NCBI RefSeq assembly: GCF_018350175.1
Contig: NC_058368.1
Span: 145,578,001-145,642,000 of the forward strand
DNA from: Felis catus
Taxonomy: Eukaryota
Direction: 5' to 3'
Length of the DNA: 64,000 bases
The notes below the pieces were generated by a model. That model was not told where the DNA came from and did not search any database. It worked only from the letters and a program-made list of their open reading frames with translations. Shown piece by piece: positions 1 to 14,000 of the stretch. A program made the position numbers and the translations under genes. How positions within the stretch are numbered: the stretch's first letter is position 1; every line of letters begins with the position of its first letter.

Positions 1-3000
1 ATTTCTGAGTGTCATGACCTTGGATAAGCCACCCCTCTGAGTAATTTTCTACAAAAATGGGTGGAGGCCAAATAAACATTCTTCCAACACTTAGGGGTTT
101 GACTAGAGAGAGACACACTGACAGTGTCCTCTACTGACACCATCACCGATCAGGTATTTTTAAAAAAATGGATGTTTCTACCGGAACAGGACATTTTAAT
201 AAAAACGTTGATAGGGAACACAACAAGGCTTTTAAACAGAGACTTAGAGTCCTTTTTGTCTTCATTCAAATCTGCTTTATTTTTCTTTCTGTGACGCTAT
301 ATAAAAATCTCATCAATATACAAAATCATTCTGAGCCTCAGATTTTCTCATTTTCTCTGGATGAGAGCTTTGATTAGCTTTTTACAAGTTCTTCATTAGT
401 AATTGGCTTGCTTTTTTGTTTTTGTTTTTGGCTGTTGTCTCTAATAAGTTTCTGTTCTATCAAAGAATTCTTTGAGGATGGTCTGAAATACTCTACTCTG
501 TGTTATGATACAGAATATTACAATTTAATATTCTTTATAAAATGCAACCAACAAGTGCTTTCCAGATTAAATGTTCATTTCTTCTTTTTGATGCTGGTGG
601 CTGGGATGGGTTGTTCAGTCTTATCATCATGCCTGACCTAGTTGTGCAGCCGTTCCTATTTAATTAATAGACATTTACATAAGCTCTTTTTCCCCCAGCA
701 AGCTTCATAATGGTCTTGTTGGTTATCTCCTTTCACCCTGTGAAGTACCAGCAGTGCTATTTCTATTTTGCATATCAAAATACTGAGAGATTAAATAATG
801 TACAACAAATTGATAACTGAATAAGTTTGGGAGCTCAGAATTCTGGCATATTAACGGTGTTGCTTAAAGCAACAACCCGTATAGAGTCTATAAATATATT
901 CAAACTCTGCTTTCTAATCCAGGAGTTGGAGTTGGGACTGTCAGCAGCTTAGGGAGGGAGCCCTTTGTAGATGTAGGCAGGAGTGGGAGAATTAGTTTCT
1001 GGACTCCCTCTGGAGCCATGAAAGGAAAGTTTTTTGTTAGCGGAGGAGGTGGTGTCTAAGAACTATTGCTGTGATGTTTGTAATTTTTAATAAAAATTCT
1101 GGGAAGCCTGGTGGCTTCTGTGCAGCATATGAATTTGAAGAACCCTCCTATTTTTTTTTAATCTGACTTTCCAAACATCATTAGAATTTTATTCCTAATT
1201 AACTGGCCAACAAATATCAACAGGTGCAACTTGAACAAAGCATAGCTTCTCTGGGCTCCCTCTGCCTCTCCAAGAACTGAGGAGACTTTCAGGGTATTTG
1301 GGCAAGACTTTCATTTCTTTCCCACATATATCTATTTTTAAATATTCTCTCACTGTCTTTGTATCTTTATCCTCACACACTCAGTGGGGAGAAGTCTGTC
1401 CTGGGATATTTCCCACCTCTTCCCCCCTGCCCCGCCACCTTTTTTTTTTTTTATCTCTTTTCAAAACTATAAGAGGGGATTGTTTGTACTTCAAACCTTG
1501 CTTCTTTGCCTTGTCTAGGTGTTGATTACTTCCAGAGCATTCTTTGGATCTTATAGGGATCACTTCAATTATTTAACAATGTCACCAACACAACAAACAA
1601 AAATAAATATTTTTTTCTTCTCTAACTAACCACACTTCTCAGTCTTTCTTAAAAGATGGAAATCTGTGTGTCCCTTACTTAACTTCCTTTCCGCTAAACC
1701 TGGGGTGATCTCTTTCTGTCTTAGAGCCTACCGCCACAGGCTTCTCCAAGTCCTGCTCACTGTTAAGGCCTGGAACAGATGAAGTGCCATATCTCCAGGA
1801 AATCTTCGCTGCCCCTCCTCCACCAGTCAGAACTGAACTCTCCTTTGTCTGAGTTCCCATATTCCTGGATTTGTACCTTTTGAGTGGTACATAATCTGTT
1901 GTGTGTGAGAGTGATTTCCGTAACCCTTGAATTGCGGATACCCTAATGAGCATGGGGAGAGATGAGGAGTGAAGAGATGTCCTATTCAATTTGACTCAAG
2001 GTCCCTCTTAGCTCATGAAAATACATACCCCATGCACAGTCTGGTGTTTCCAACTGCATGGCACCCAACACAGTGTCATGGAAACCCCTCACAATACAGC
2101 AAGCATTAGATCTGCAGAATGACAAGAGGAGTTGAGGAGGCATCGGGATCTCACCTTGAGTATCACTCCAGGGAACAAACAGTCTTTCCATCCATGGGTT
2201 CTCGCAGCTGGGCCGCCTCTGCAGCGTGGTTTCATTCTCATTTATTGGCGACCTCCTCTCTGGCCTCCAGCACTTGCAGGCCTTCCTCAGGATACCCTCA
2301 ATCTCACAGTGGGGAACATCTCATTTTCTGCTAGTGTCATTGAGAACCCCACACAATCTTCTCTGGGGTGGGAAGCCTCCTGATGCCTCTTCTCCAAATG
2401 ATGAAAATAAATAAATAAAATAAAATAAAATGAAACAAAACCCAGCCCACAGAGCGCATCTCTCTCTGCCAGCTTTTCTGGTTTCTGCTCACAAGTCCTA
2501 CGATTCACCCCCCACCATCAGGCCAAATGACATTTCTGTTCTCCCTAGGGATCTGCTTTTCCATTCTCTTTAGAACTCCCAAGTAGAGGGGAGTGAGTGG
2601 TGAAAAACTTACTGACCTTTGGAATTCTCTCCCCTAGAGATGCAACTCAGGACTTCAGTGCTAGGGGTGCAGCTGGACTGTAAACCCCAGGAGTTGAGAT
2701 AATGGGATGCTGTTTGATATCTTTGTAGTACGTAAAGCTAGACTATTAACCCCATGAGAGTAGATTTTGCTTCTGTCTTGAGTCTGCTGATATCTCTAGT
2801 GCCTAGAACAGTGCTTGGCGTATGGAATGATGCTCCTCAAATATTGGTTGAATAAATGAATGGTGAATAGATGGATAGATGGATGAATACTTAGCAAAAG
2901 TTTTACCCACAGGAGGTATTCAGTGATATTTATTGAATGCATTAGTAAAGCAAAAAAGAAAAGAAAAGAAAAATACATGAACTAATATGGGATTGAGTTA

Positions 3001-3789
3001 AGTAGAAAGTGATGAGTTTATTATATACATTTTAGTAGTGTTTCTTAGTTTCTTAAGGTGTCTGGATAACACACCTTAGGGGGATACTGTGGTGTGGCAG
3101 GGCATAGGCTAACTCAGAGAATTAAAATATGCATCTTGGTGCATCATTTCTTTTCAGTAGTAATATAGGATATTATCTTTTGTGTGGAAGCCAATAGATA
3201 GATTTTAGAATATAGTGCATAGTTTACATAAGTTTCTATGGAGAGTTATTCCTGACTATGCCTTCAGACCCTCTCCTTTGTTCGTAGATGTACTTTGGAA
3301 GAAATATTTGGGAACACAGATAGTGAAGATTTTATCTTATCTGGAGACTCCTATAAATGTACAGAAGATTCTGCCCCTGGTTTTGTGACAAAGAGAAAGA
3401 ATGTTTCTTTTCCTTTAACATCCCTACAGTGGCATTGGAGGCCACTGGTGCATTCCACACAAACATTCCCCTTTACAGAATAGGTTGCATATGCCAATAA
3501 TTTATCTTGGTACAGTAGCATGTATTTGTCTATGCAGTCATTCCATTAATATTTATTGAGTGTCTACTAGGTGAAAGGCACTGCTATGGATGCTGAGATT
3601 GAAATAGTAATGAGAATACTTTCTCTGTCCTCAAGAAATTACAGTATAGTAACAGAAGGCTCCTGTAAATGGTCGATTACCTGTGCAGAATGGTGTGGAA
3701 TTGAGCAGTAGGCTTAAGCATGGGGTGCAGTGGGGACACAGAGGGAGGGCAACTGATGCACGATTGGGGTAAAAGAAAGCTGAGATCTA

Positions 3790-3930
3790 CAGTTCATCAG
3801 TCTGAGCCCCCAATCAGGCTCTGCACTGATAGCATGGAGTCTACTTGGGATTCTCTCTCACTTCTCTCTCTGCCACTCCCTTGCTCATGCTCTCTCTCTC
3901 TCTCTCAAAATAAAGAAATAAAAAAAAATT
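3790..3930 (+). mobile_element. CAN-SINE, 5' truncated
   Basis: tcaggctctgcactgatagc...(ct)n-caaaataaa tail. Confidence 0.8.
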
Positions 3931-4479
3931 TTTTAAAGAAAGCTGAGATCTGTAGGAGAAAAATGGACATTAGTAGGTAGGAAAGGGTGGGAGGGTATTC
4001 CTAACAGAGAGAACCTCATGTACAAAGGCTTGGAGGCAAGAAAAATAGTGTTTGGGGAACAGCAAGTAATTTAATGGTAAACTGTACATTAATATAAGTA
4101 AATATCTAGTTTTCTAATTCTGAATAGGATTTTTAAACACAAAAATGATAAAAGAAATGAAAGAAAAATTATATGTTAAATTATCTAATGTTATATTCCC
4201 CATATAAATCATCATGAATAAAATTTAAAGATAATGAGAAATCTGGAATTTAAATTCTTTTTAGTGTTTCAGCATCTTTTATGGGAGTAGGTATTACCTG
4301 TTTATGGACCACTGTATTTCTAACATTTGAACCATTGCATGACTCACGGTGATGGTTGAGTGAATGAAAAGGATCAGTGTCCTCAAAAGGTACAAAAGAG
4401 CTAAAACATATTAATAATAAACCCCTGCAAAACCTCACTAGACAAATAGTCAAGAAAACATGAATAGACACTTCAAGTT

Positions 4480-5100
4480 GGGAGTCATCCTTGTTCTTCC
4501 CTATTTCTTACACAGCGTATTGAATCCTTTAGCAAATCTTGTTGGCTCTCTATTCAAAGTAAATCCCAAACCTGACCATTCTCCACCATCCACACTACCA
4601 TCACCCAGTATAGGCCACCACCATATCTGAGTTACTACAACACCTCCTAGCTGGTCTTCTGCTTCTCCTTCTCCTTCTACAATATCCAGACTGATATTTT
4701 AAACTGTAAATCAGAATATGTCGCTTCTTTTTCCAAAATCCCCCAATGTCTCCCCATCACACTCAGAATAAAAGTCCAAATCTTTTATATGCTTTTGCAA
4801 GGCCCTATGTGATCTTACCTTTTGGTTACCTTTCCAGTCTTACTTCTGCCAATATTACCCTACATTTCATCTGGCCACATTGGTCTTCATGCTGTTTCTG
4901 GAACACTCCGAGCACTCTCCCTCACTAGAATCTTAGTGTCTTTGCATTTGTTCTTCCCAAGCCAAAAATACTCATTTCCCAAAGAATTACATGGCTTGCT
5001 CTTTACTTGGTCAGCTCTCTGCTGAAATGTTACCTTTGCAAAGAAGCCTTCCCTCACCAACTTACATAAAATAGCATGCCTCCCCATTATTCTCTATATA
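4480..5100 (+). mobile_element. LINE-2 remnant
   Basis: cacctcctagctggtctt; cactcagaataaaagtccaaa; tcagctctctgctgaaatgttacct. Confidence 0.65.
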
Positions 5101-5348
5101 TTAGTTTTTTTTTCTCTTAACCATTTGACCCTTTCTGCTTTACTCTGTATAGAACATATAAAAAGAGTGAAAGATGTAGACCCAGAAAATTCCTAAACAT
5201 GTGAGTGTGGAATAAGGATCCCTTTTATTCCCTTTCCATCCCTAGGCACCAGAGAGAAGCATATGTAAACTTCTCTGGAAGGATGCATTTTTAATCCTAG
5301 GCATCAAAGAAATACTAGATTTATAGTTCAACTACCAGGTCACAATTT

Positions 5349-5429
5349 ATTTTTTTTATTTAAAAAAATGTTTTATTGGAGAGAGAGAGGGAGTGTACAT
5401 GCCTGAGCAGGGGAGAGGGGGCAGATGGA

Positions 5430-5471
<42 letters not shown>

Positions 5472-5594
5472 CTCAAGCAGGCTGTATGCTCAGCATGGAG
5501 CCCAATGTGGGGCTCGATCCCATGACCCTGGGATCATGACTTAAGCCGATATCAAGAGTCAGATGCTTAACCAACTGAGCCACCCAGGCACCCC
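5349..5594 (-). mobile_element. CAN-SINE with (AG)n
   Basis: ctgagccacccaggcacccc end; TSD-like gtcaca(a/g)ttt. Confidence 0.9.
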
Positions 5595-5629
5595 AGTCAC
5601 AGTTTAAAAAGTACAGAATTCATAAGAAG

Positions 5630-7520
5630 CCATTAAAAGTGAGAGGTAGCAAAAACCACAAACTGTAGTATCAGATGTTCAAATTCATATGTTAAAAAAT
5701 TTTGGTGCAAAATATGAAATAAATATGTTGAATATGATTCTTTAAAAGGAAGGAAATACTGACAGTATAATGTAGGAAGAACAGACTATCAAAAATAATC
5801 AGGTAAATGTAATAAACAATCAAATAGAAACTTCAGAAAGGAAAGCATCTAATTAGAAGGCCTAACTAGAAAGCAGATAAATATAGTTAAAGAAAGCATT
5901 AATGTGTTAGAAGACTCTGAAGAAATTATACACATTGTTGCAAAAACTAAAAGGAAGATGGTAAATATAACAGGTTAAGAGATACTAGGGAGAGAGGAGG
6001 AGAAACACATGTCTGATAGTAGTTCCAGAAAGAGGGCCTAGAGAGAATGAAGAGTGAATATTCACAAAGCTGTTGGTGAGAATTTTCCAGGACTGTTGCA
6101 AGGACTCTGATATTCAGATTCAGAAGGTTCAGTGAATCTGAGCAGGATAAATGAAAAGGAATCAACGTATAGACACATTATGGTAAAACACGAAAGGGAA
6201 AGAGAATATCTTAAAAGAAGTGACAATTAGAATCGGTAATTCACTTCAAAACAGAAAAGAAAAAAGAAAATGGAAGCCATAAGGAAATGGGATTATATAT
6301 TCAAAGTGTTGAGAGAATATAATTGTAACCTAAAATTTCATACCCACAAACACTCATGTTTTCAAAAATGGAGACAAGATAAAGCATTCACAATGTGGCA
6401 CATTTACTACCTACAGATCTTCACTAAGAGGTGCTCTGAAGGATGTAGTTCAATGATAGTGAAAATGATCCCAGAATGAATATCTGAAGATCTAGGAAAA
6501 AAATAGGAAGCAAAAAGAATAGTCAAATGTGAGTAAATTTCAACAAACACTGAATTCAAAAATTAATAATATAAAATTTATGGGATTAAAAAAGCCAAAG
6601 ATACAACTGAAATACAACAGTAGTACAGGAATCAGAAAGGAGTGGTCAGAGTTAAACATTCCAAGTTACTTGAATTATTTGGGGAAAAGGCAAATAGATT
6701 GAGTAATTGTATTTTATTAAGTAAAACATTTACTTAAAGATTGTGGGATAACTATTAGAAGTTTAGAAATACAGCCTGTACTTTCAAATTAATAAAAAGA
6801 GAAAAAAAAACAATGAGAAAAAAATTTGAACCTATACTGAATCTAAAGGAAAGCAACAGAGGAATAAAAATGAAAAGGAAAAGAAACATTAAAAATAGAA
6901 TAAGTAAAAAAAGTCTAAAATAGAAAAAATTAAATTATATCAGTAATCACAAAGCCTGCAAGTGAACTAAACACTCCATTTAAGAGATAGATTATTAAGG
7001 TGGATTTCTTAAAGAACCTATGTTATTTTTATAGGAAATACATGCAACATAAGGACACAGATTGAAAAGCAAATAATTTTTAAAATGCATTAGGTAAGTA
7101 GAAAGTTGGTGTGGCTATATTTATAGCAGAGAAAAGTTCTTTTGGGGGAAGAAAGCATAATCAGAGATAAGTATGATCACTGTATTAAAGCCTCATTCTC
7201 TGGATATATGCCTTCAAATAACATAGCTTCAGGACATAGAAAATGAAAATTGACAGACTTCAAGCAGAAATGGACAAATCAACTATTTTAATGAGAGATT
7301 TAAACTTCTTTTAGAAATTCGTAGATCAAACAGATAAGAATCTCGAAAACATGGACAGCACAATTACCTGGCTAGATCTAGTGGCACATGGGGAGCACTC
7401 TAGCCAACAACTCAAGATTACATATTCTTTATGCATATTTTTAAGTACCCATGCAAAATTAAAAAATTAAGAACAACAAAATAAATCCGAACAAAATATA
7501 TACAGGGAAAAAATAAAAAT
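5630..7520 (+). mobile_element. Old L1M fragment (ORF1 3' part to ORF2 endonuclease start)
   Basis: A-rich, with degenerate L1 ORF1 motif (WDYIFKVLRE) and endonuclease-start-like sequence; boundaries approximate. Confidence 0.7.
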
Positions 7521-10500
7521 AAGTATAGAAATCTGCAAAACAAAAGACAAAGAAACCTCAAGAACACCACCAAAAAACACATATGGCAGGACTGGCATAT
7601 AGTGGGTACTTGGTACATATCTTTCTGTTCATTGAATAAAAAGCAATAGAAGACTATAAACGTGTGTACATGAAAAGGTTTGAAATTCACCAAATAGTGA
7701 TTAAATCTGAGTTGGTCAGTCTTAGGTTATCCTGCTTTTTTTCTTTGTTCTTTTCTGTATTTTCTGAGCTCTCTGTATGTATTTCCCTTACAATTTTATG
7801 AAAACACATTATTTTGAAATAAAAGTAAGTAGATTTTTGCAGAGATGGACTAGAGAGAGGATTAAATGTCCCTGACAACACCTCTGGTCAGTGGGGTGGG
7901 AAGGTGCAATGTAAGACCACACTTCAGAGGTCCTTCGCTCCCTACTACATGGATGACTTTAAGTGTAATCCCTTTGAACCCGTTCTCCAAGTGGCAACAA
8001 TAAAGCCTTCCTCAAAGAAGTACTCAGATAGGTGACCCCATGCAAAGCACTTAGTACAGTGTCTCATACTGCAGACGTTCAATAGCCCTTTTCCTTTCCC
8101 TGCTTGAGGAAGCAGGCTTAGGGAAATATCCCTCTCCATTTCTAAGGAATATACCCTGAGTGGAAGGCAAATTCGATCAGTCTGGAATATGCAACTGGAT
8201 GAAAGCTTCATATGTGAAATTATATTTGTGCCCTCCTGGAGAGCCAAGAAAATTAAGAAATGAACCAAGAAATTCATCTCCTTTATTAGATGTAAGAATG
8301 AAGGTGCAGTATTATCATTTCCTTGTGATAGTCATATCTAATAGTTCTGAAACCAATTCACAGTATTCATGTCAGACTTATTTTATGAGACATTTAACCA
8401 TTGCTAAATTAAATTTCATAGGAGAATGTGCCTATATAACTCCTCTGGAGTTACAGAGATAGAAATCTGACCCATCATTTCTATTTTCACGGAAAACCAT
8501 TTAGCAGAACTTTGTTCCAGTAGAAGTGTTTATTGAGTTGTAAGCCTAACACAGTTCACTGGCTGCATGTATTTCCACACTGACATTTTTCTCAGTGCAG
8601 ATTTGCATCAGTTCATTAGTACTGACAGCAGATGGTAGTACTTTCACACAAATTTACCTTCTGAATTGATCTAAGAAATGTCACTAAAAAGATCCTGACA
8701 GTTTTGATGTTCTTCCATTTCTGAAAATGGTATGTTAAACAAATAAGGTGTAGGGTTTTAGATTTTTTTGAACTCTAGCTCATAATTCCTAAACTAAAAA
8801 TGAAAGACGGCTTTCATCTCTGATTCTGGCTGTCTGAAGGAGAAAGTAGAAAATGCAGATAATGTTTCCTGATGGCATGAACCTTAAAAAATCTCCAGTG
8901 CAGAAAAATGGCTTTTGGAGAATATTATCCAGATTGATTGTCTACACTGATAAGACACCTCAAATTATTTGTAAATTCTCTACCGTAACTTTGAATATAA
9001 ATTGTTTGGCTTGCAGGATTAGCTGATTGAATGTTACTGAAAAAATAGTATCAGCTCAGGTCATAAGGCTCACTTTGAATTCTGTCACTTCTGCAGCATT
9101 AACATATCGCTAAGATTAGCCACATTTTAAAACTATAGATTTGCCATTAGTTAGGGTTAAATCATTATAAAATTGTCAGACAAGAAGACTTAATATTTGC
9201 TAAGTAAACGATGAGGGAAGATATGAATTCTAATCACATCGGGAAAACTTTTTACTTTTCTATATTGTATAATCATTATTATATTCATAATGACTTAAGG
9301 CCTGTATTCAGTAGTCTTATATATTTAGAAGCCAGGATTTTTGAGTATTTTAAAAATTAATTTTCCATCCGTATCTGAGAAGTGATTAATGATTTGGTTA
9401 GTTTGCCACAACTAAGAGAAGCTGACACACTTGAGAAAGCATTGGGTGTCGGCCATATACAGTTTAACCATGGAAGTGATTATGGATGCTTTTGACACAC
9501 TGCTAGAAGAGTGGCCATGATTAGCAACATATTTAAGGGATTTATTTAACAACAAAAAGGAGCTTTTCGGTTCTAAATGCTCTCAAAATCAAGGGACCCT
9601 GTTTTATTTTATTCATAACGCTTATTATTTTCTGGATTATTTTGTCTATTTATTTGTTCTATAAATTTATTGGCTGTCTCCTGCACTGGCATGAAAGTTC
9701 CCTGGGATCAGGGACTTTGTTTATCTTTGCAATACAGTGATCTCTATTACTATATCCAGAACTGTTCCTGGCAGACACATAAGACATGATCAGTAGATAC
9801 GTGTTGAATTAATAAATACTAGTTTAAGGCATATAAGGAGAGCCAGAATCAAGCTGGACGGGAAGACTTGCTATAGGCATAACACATTTGGGCTCTGACC
9901 CTAGGCTCTGCTTAGATTCGAATGGGAAGGAGGGGTGGGAAGAGAGCAGGAAAGAGGGAGCCCAGGCTCTGCTGTAAGAGTCAGGCCACTAGGCAGACTC
10001 TGGAGATGGCGCTCAGGAGACATACACTGCCCCATACCCAGTGGATACCCCAGCCCTCAGCACACACATACATCCCCAAATATCCATACCCAGCGTCTCC
10101 AATACACGGTGGAATGGTGCCTCTGTTTCCTGTGAGCAGGTGTGTGCACATGCACACCAACATGAGTGTTTGGGGGTTGGAGGGTAGAGTTAGCAGCAAC
10201 AACCACACGTAATTCTTTCCATGGATGCTCTGAGTTCAGCTTCTCCTTGGACTGGCTGACAAGAGGAGAAGAAGCCAGGAGAAGAAGCTAGGCCCCTAGT
10301 CCAAATCCAGCCAACAGGCTTGTTTTATTTGGCCCACTCTATGTTTAAAAAAAAAAAAAAAAGTGCCAAAATTTAAATTTAGGAGATTTTACATAAAAAT
10401 CTGGATTGCTAGGTTATTTTGACAAATGGGAAGACCTGGCACACTGAACCTACATTCCCACATGGCACAATTGGCTGGAGCAGAGTAGCAAGCCTAGCCT

Positions 10501-10602
10501 TGGCTGGGCACACTCTCCATTTCCCCACAGTCCCTGTCACCTGCTTGTGTATTTAACTGACCTCGCTCCTTCACGCTACCTGTGTGATCTTTGTAGGTAT
10601 CT

Positions 10603-10950
10603 GTCCCAGTTTGCTTGGCCAGCTATAACAAAATACCACAGATTGGGTAGTTTACACACAACGGAAATTTATTTTTTACAATTCTGAAGTCCGAGATCAG
10701 TATACCAGCCTGTTCTCATAAGGACGCTCTTTCGGGTCACACACTTCTTGTGTCCTCACATGGCAGAAGGGGGTGAACTAGCAATCAGGGGGCGGGATCT
10801 CTTTTATAAGGTCCAAATTCTCATTCCTGAGGGCTCTACCCTCATGACCTAATCACTTCCTAAAGGCCCAACCTCCTGTAATACCTTCACACCGGGCTTT
10901 AGGATTTCAACATATGAATATGGGGAGATGCAAACATTCAGACCATAGCA
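10603..10950 (-). mobile_element. MaLR (MLT1-type) LTR
   Basis: ctataacaaaataccacagattggg...ccctcatgacctaatcac...tttcaacatatgaa...cattcagaccatagca. Confidence 0.8.
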
Positions 10951-11824
10951 GTATTTGAGTTTACAGTCTTTGGCGTAGTTGTGAATCTACAATGTAAACG
11001 ATCAATAAATTTATTGTTATAATTGTTTTTGCATTGTTACAATTTGTGCGTGGATCACTCACGACATAGAAATCTCCTAGGGCTCCCCATTGTTGGCCAA
11101 ATTATGTCCACATCACTACACTGGCAGCAGTCTGACCTGTATCTTGGATCCAGTCATTCTCCTATGAAGGCAGTGGCGTTGCATCAAGTGAGTTTTGATT
11201 TACAGAAACGGCCCAATAAGCTTGGGAGAGACAGAAGGATAGAAACAGATAAACAGAGGAAACTCAGAAAGAGACAGACAGAAGTACAACAATTTAAATA
11301 ATGCAAGCCATTCTCCTGCTTCCTCTCCCCTCCCCTACCATTCTACCCACTGAACATGTGCCTGTTGGCACCGAAGTGATGCTTGAAACAATCAACACAT
11401 TGGCAAAGTTTATGTAAAAAAAAAAAAAAAAGTGTGAAAGATTTTGGTTCCCTTACAATGAGGCGAATGAAATACGTTATTCACGTGGTCAGGCTACTGG
11501 GCTTCACAGACAGCCTTGAGGAAAAACTGGAGAATAATTACAGGCCATAGAGTAACATTAGTTGACAAAGAGAGGAAACTGATAAAATTTGTCTACAGTT
11601 GGTATTGTGTAAACAAAACTGTGTACCCTTCTATACTTTATCAATTCATAACTTCTTATCATGTGTGGATTATGAATTATATTTCAAAAACTGAAATTGA
11701 TCTGTATCTTAATTTAGTAACTTGGAATTTAAAGCAAACTTTTATTTTAACAAACCAGATTGTGCGTTTTAACTTTTTCAAAGTAACTCACACTGGCATC
11801 CTGGACCAACTCTGATTCCTACAG

Positions 11825-11922
11825 GAGCATCCAATACTTGGGCAGCCTTTTTTTGTACTTCATCCCTGCAAGACGGATGAATTCATGACTCCTGTGTTAA
11901 AGAATTCTCAAAAAATCAATAG
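11825..11922 (+). CDS. ATG10: ATG10 (E2-like ATG12-conjugating enzyme), penultimate coding exon
   Basis: tcctacag|GAG...AATAG|gtaag, 98 nt; translates EHPILGQPFFVLHPCKTDEFMTPVLKNSQKIN(R), including the HPC catalytic motif of ATG10. Earlier exons lie upstream of the window. Confidence 0.96.
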
Positions 11923-12027
11923 GTAAGAAACACCATCAAGATACATTGGCTTTTACTCTTATTTTAAAAGTGTAAATCTTTTTATGTGACTCTAAAAGCC
12001 ACGCTAAAAAAGAAATATTTTTTGTAA

Positions 12028-12295
12028 TAATAATAATGGCTAATGTTTATTGATTTTTACTGTGTGCTAGGCACTGTTCTAAGTATTTTAGATATATTAA
12101 GACATTGGATTTTTATAACACCCCATGAGCTAATTTCCATTATTTTACCCAGTTTACAGAAGAGGAAGCTAAAGCACAGAGGAATTAAATGACTTGGCCA
12201 AGTTCACACTGCTAGTTAGATGGTAGAACTGGGATTTGAACCCAGGCATTTGTGCCTCAGAGCCATGCTCTTAACCACTGCACTATGCTACCTTA
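12028..12295 (-). mobile_element. MIR SINE in the ATG10 intron
   Basis: ctaggcactgttctaag...tttacagaagaggaagctaaagcacaga...gggatttgaacccagg...cttaaccactg core. Confidence 0.85.
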
Positions 12296-12578
12296 GCAAA
12301 TGCTGTAAATTTTAAGTGTAAAATTGGAATCATCAAGGGGAGTCAGGAGTCCCAGTGCCTTGACTCCCCTTTTAACTACCTTACTGGGGATCCTCAGTCC
12401 CTTTGGACCTCAAGTTCCTGTCAAGTAATGGAGCTGATATTTGGAAATGCTAGAATTCCACATGGTGGGCACATATCTTTGAAGACAGCTCATCTCTTCT
12501 GTTGGTAACTGATTTTCTACCACTCACCCAACTGCAATGGAAACATGAGAGTTTCCTGTTTTTTCACTTGTTTCCTAG

Positions 12579-12678
12579 GAGTGTCAACTACATCACATCT
12601 TGGCTGAGCGTTGTAGGGCCAGTTGTTGGGCTAAATCTACCTCTGAGTTATGCCAGAGCAGCTTCTGAGGATGAATGA
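12579..12678 (+). CDS. ATG10: ATG10 last coding exon
   Basis: tttcctag|G acceptor, phase 2 matching the previous exon; (R)SVNYITSWLSVVGPVVGLNLPLSYARAASEDE-TGA; probable donor CAAG|gtaaaa at 12694/12695. Confidence 0.95.
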
Positions 12679-13010
12679 AATGTCCATCAACAAGGTAAAA
12701 AGGAAAGCGCGCATTGAATGGTTTGCCAAGACAAAGACCCTGTTATCTCTGTTACACTCAGGGTCTTCACTGGCCCCATCAAATGTTAAGTCTTCTTTCA
12801 TCTTTAATAGGCTGAACATGGACTGTTTGTTTAGGTTTTCAGCCAGGCAGGGCCCCGTCGTTTAGGAAGCATTGGACTTTGCTACAATAACACTCACCCA
12901 AACACAGGAGTGGATGGCTTTATTTCAGAATTGTAATAATTCTTTATTGCTCAGTTAACTTTCTTTTATTCTCTTGGCTTTTGTTTTGTTTTTGTTCTTA
13001 ACTTTCTTCT

Positions 13011-14000
13011 GTTGAGCCAAAGAACTTAGAAAATTGTGGCATGAAGGACACCAAAAGTATACTTGGCCAGCCCCGGTTTTAATAGGACAAATACCGTGCA
13101 ATATTTCGACTCACCAAGACTTTGACATGGATTATTTTTTCTATTGGAAGCAAATGTCTGTAGTAACTGATATACTGTATACCTAATCTGGAAGAATTTT
13201 TGGTTTGGATTTGCTTGTTTTGTTTTTCATTTTAACTTGACCAGGGGTTGAAACTAAGACAAAATGTAATTGTCTCTTTAGACAATCTAGATCGGTGTCT
13301 ATCAATGAGGAATGTACTTTAGAATCACCTGTGGATCTTTTATGACTATGAATGCTTGGGGCTATCTTCTGAAACAGCCTCACTGGGGTGGTTCTGACCC
13401 ACCTGCTTCTGGAGAACCTCTGATCTGGACGTACCTTTAGTGTGGCATTTATTTGTATTGTTTTGGTCTCCCAATAGGCCTTTTCCAGTTCTGTATGAGC
13501 TCCAGCAAGCCTGACTTACTTCCTACCATTTGTCTGGACTTTGCTCCAGGCCTCCTGGTTGTTAAGAACATCTAGGAGACATTTGTTCACGAGACAGCCC
13601 ACTTGGAGGAAGCCATGGGGTGAGGGGGTTATCTACTGGCCGATCACAGTAGACTGTGCCTGCACTCATAGTCTGTAGGTTCGAGGCTGAGCTCTCACAC
13701 CGGGAGTGGAAGTAGAGAATGGGTTAATTCAAACTGCTAGAAAAGCTAAAAGTAAATTTTAAAATGCTGAGCTGCACATATTCATGCTGGGATGAGAGCC
13801 TGCTTACATGCTTGCTGGGCATTTTGGTATTTACCACTTAACATCTTTTCAACTTCTGCAGGGATTTTCATCACCCACCACTCCCCCCCCCCCCCCCCCA
13901 TCCACTCTCCCTAATGTAAACACAGATTTCTCAGCAAGTCATATCTCAGACCATGTCATTTCTGGGGTAAAAAGACTAAATAAATTATAATAATGTGTCA
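13011..14000 (+). other. ATG10: Probable ATG10 terminal non-coding exon / 3'UTR (boundaries uncertain)
   Basis: Long polypyrimidine tract 12960-13010 after the donor at 12695; candidate AATAAA at 13979-13984 (others at 15154 and 15358). Confidence 0.45.
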
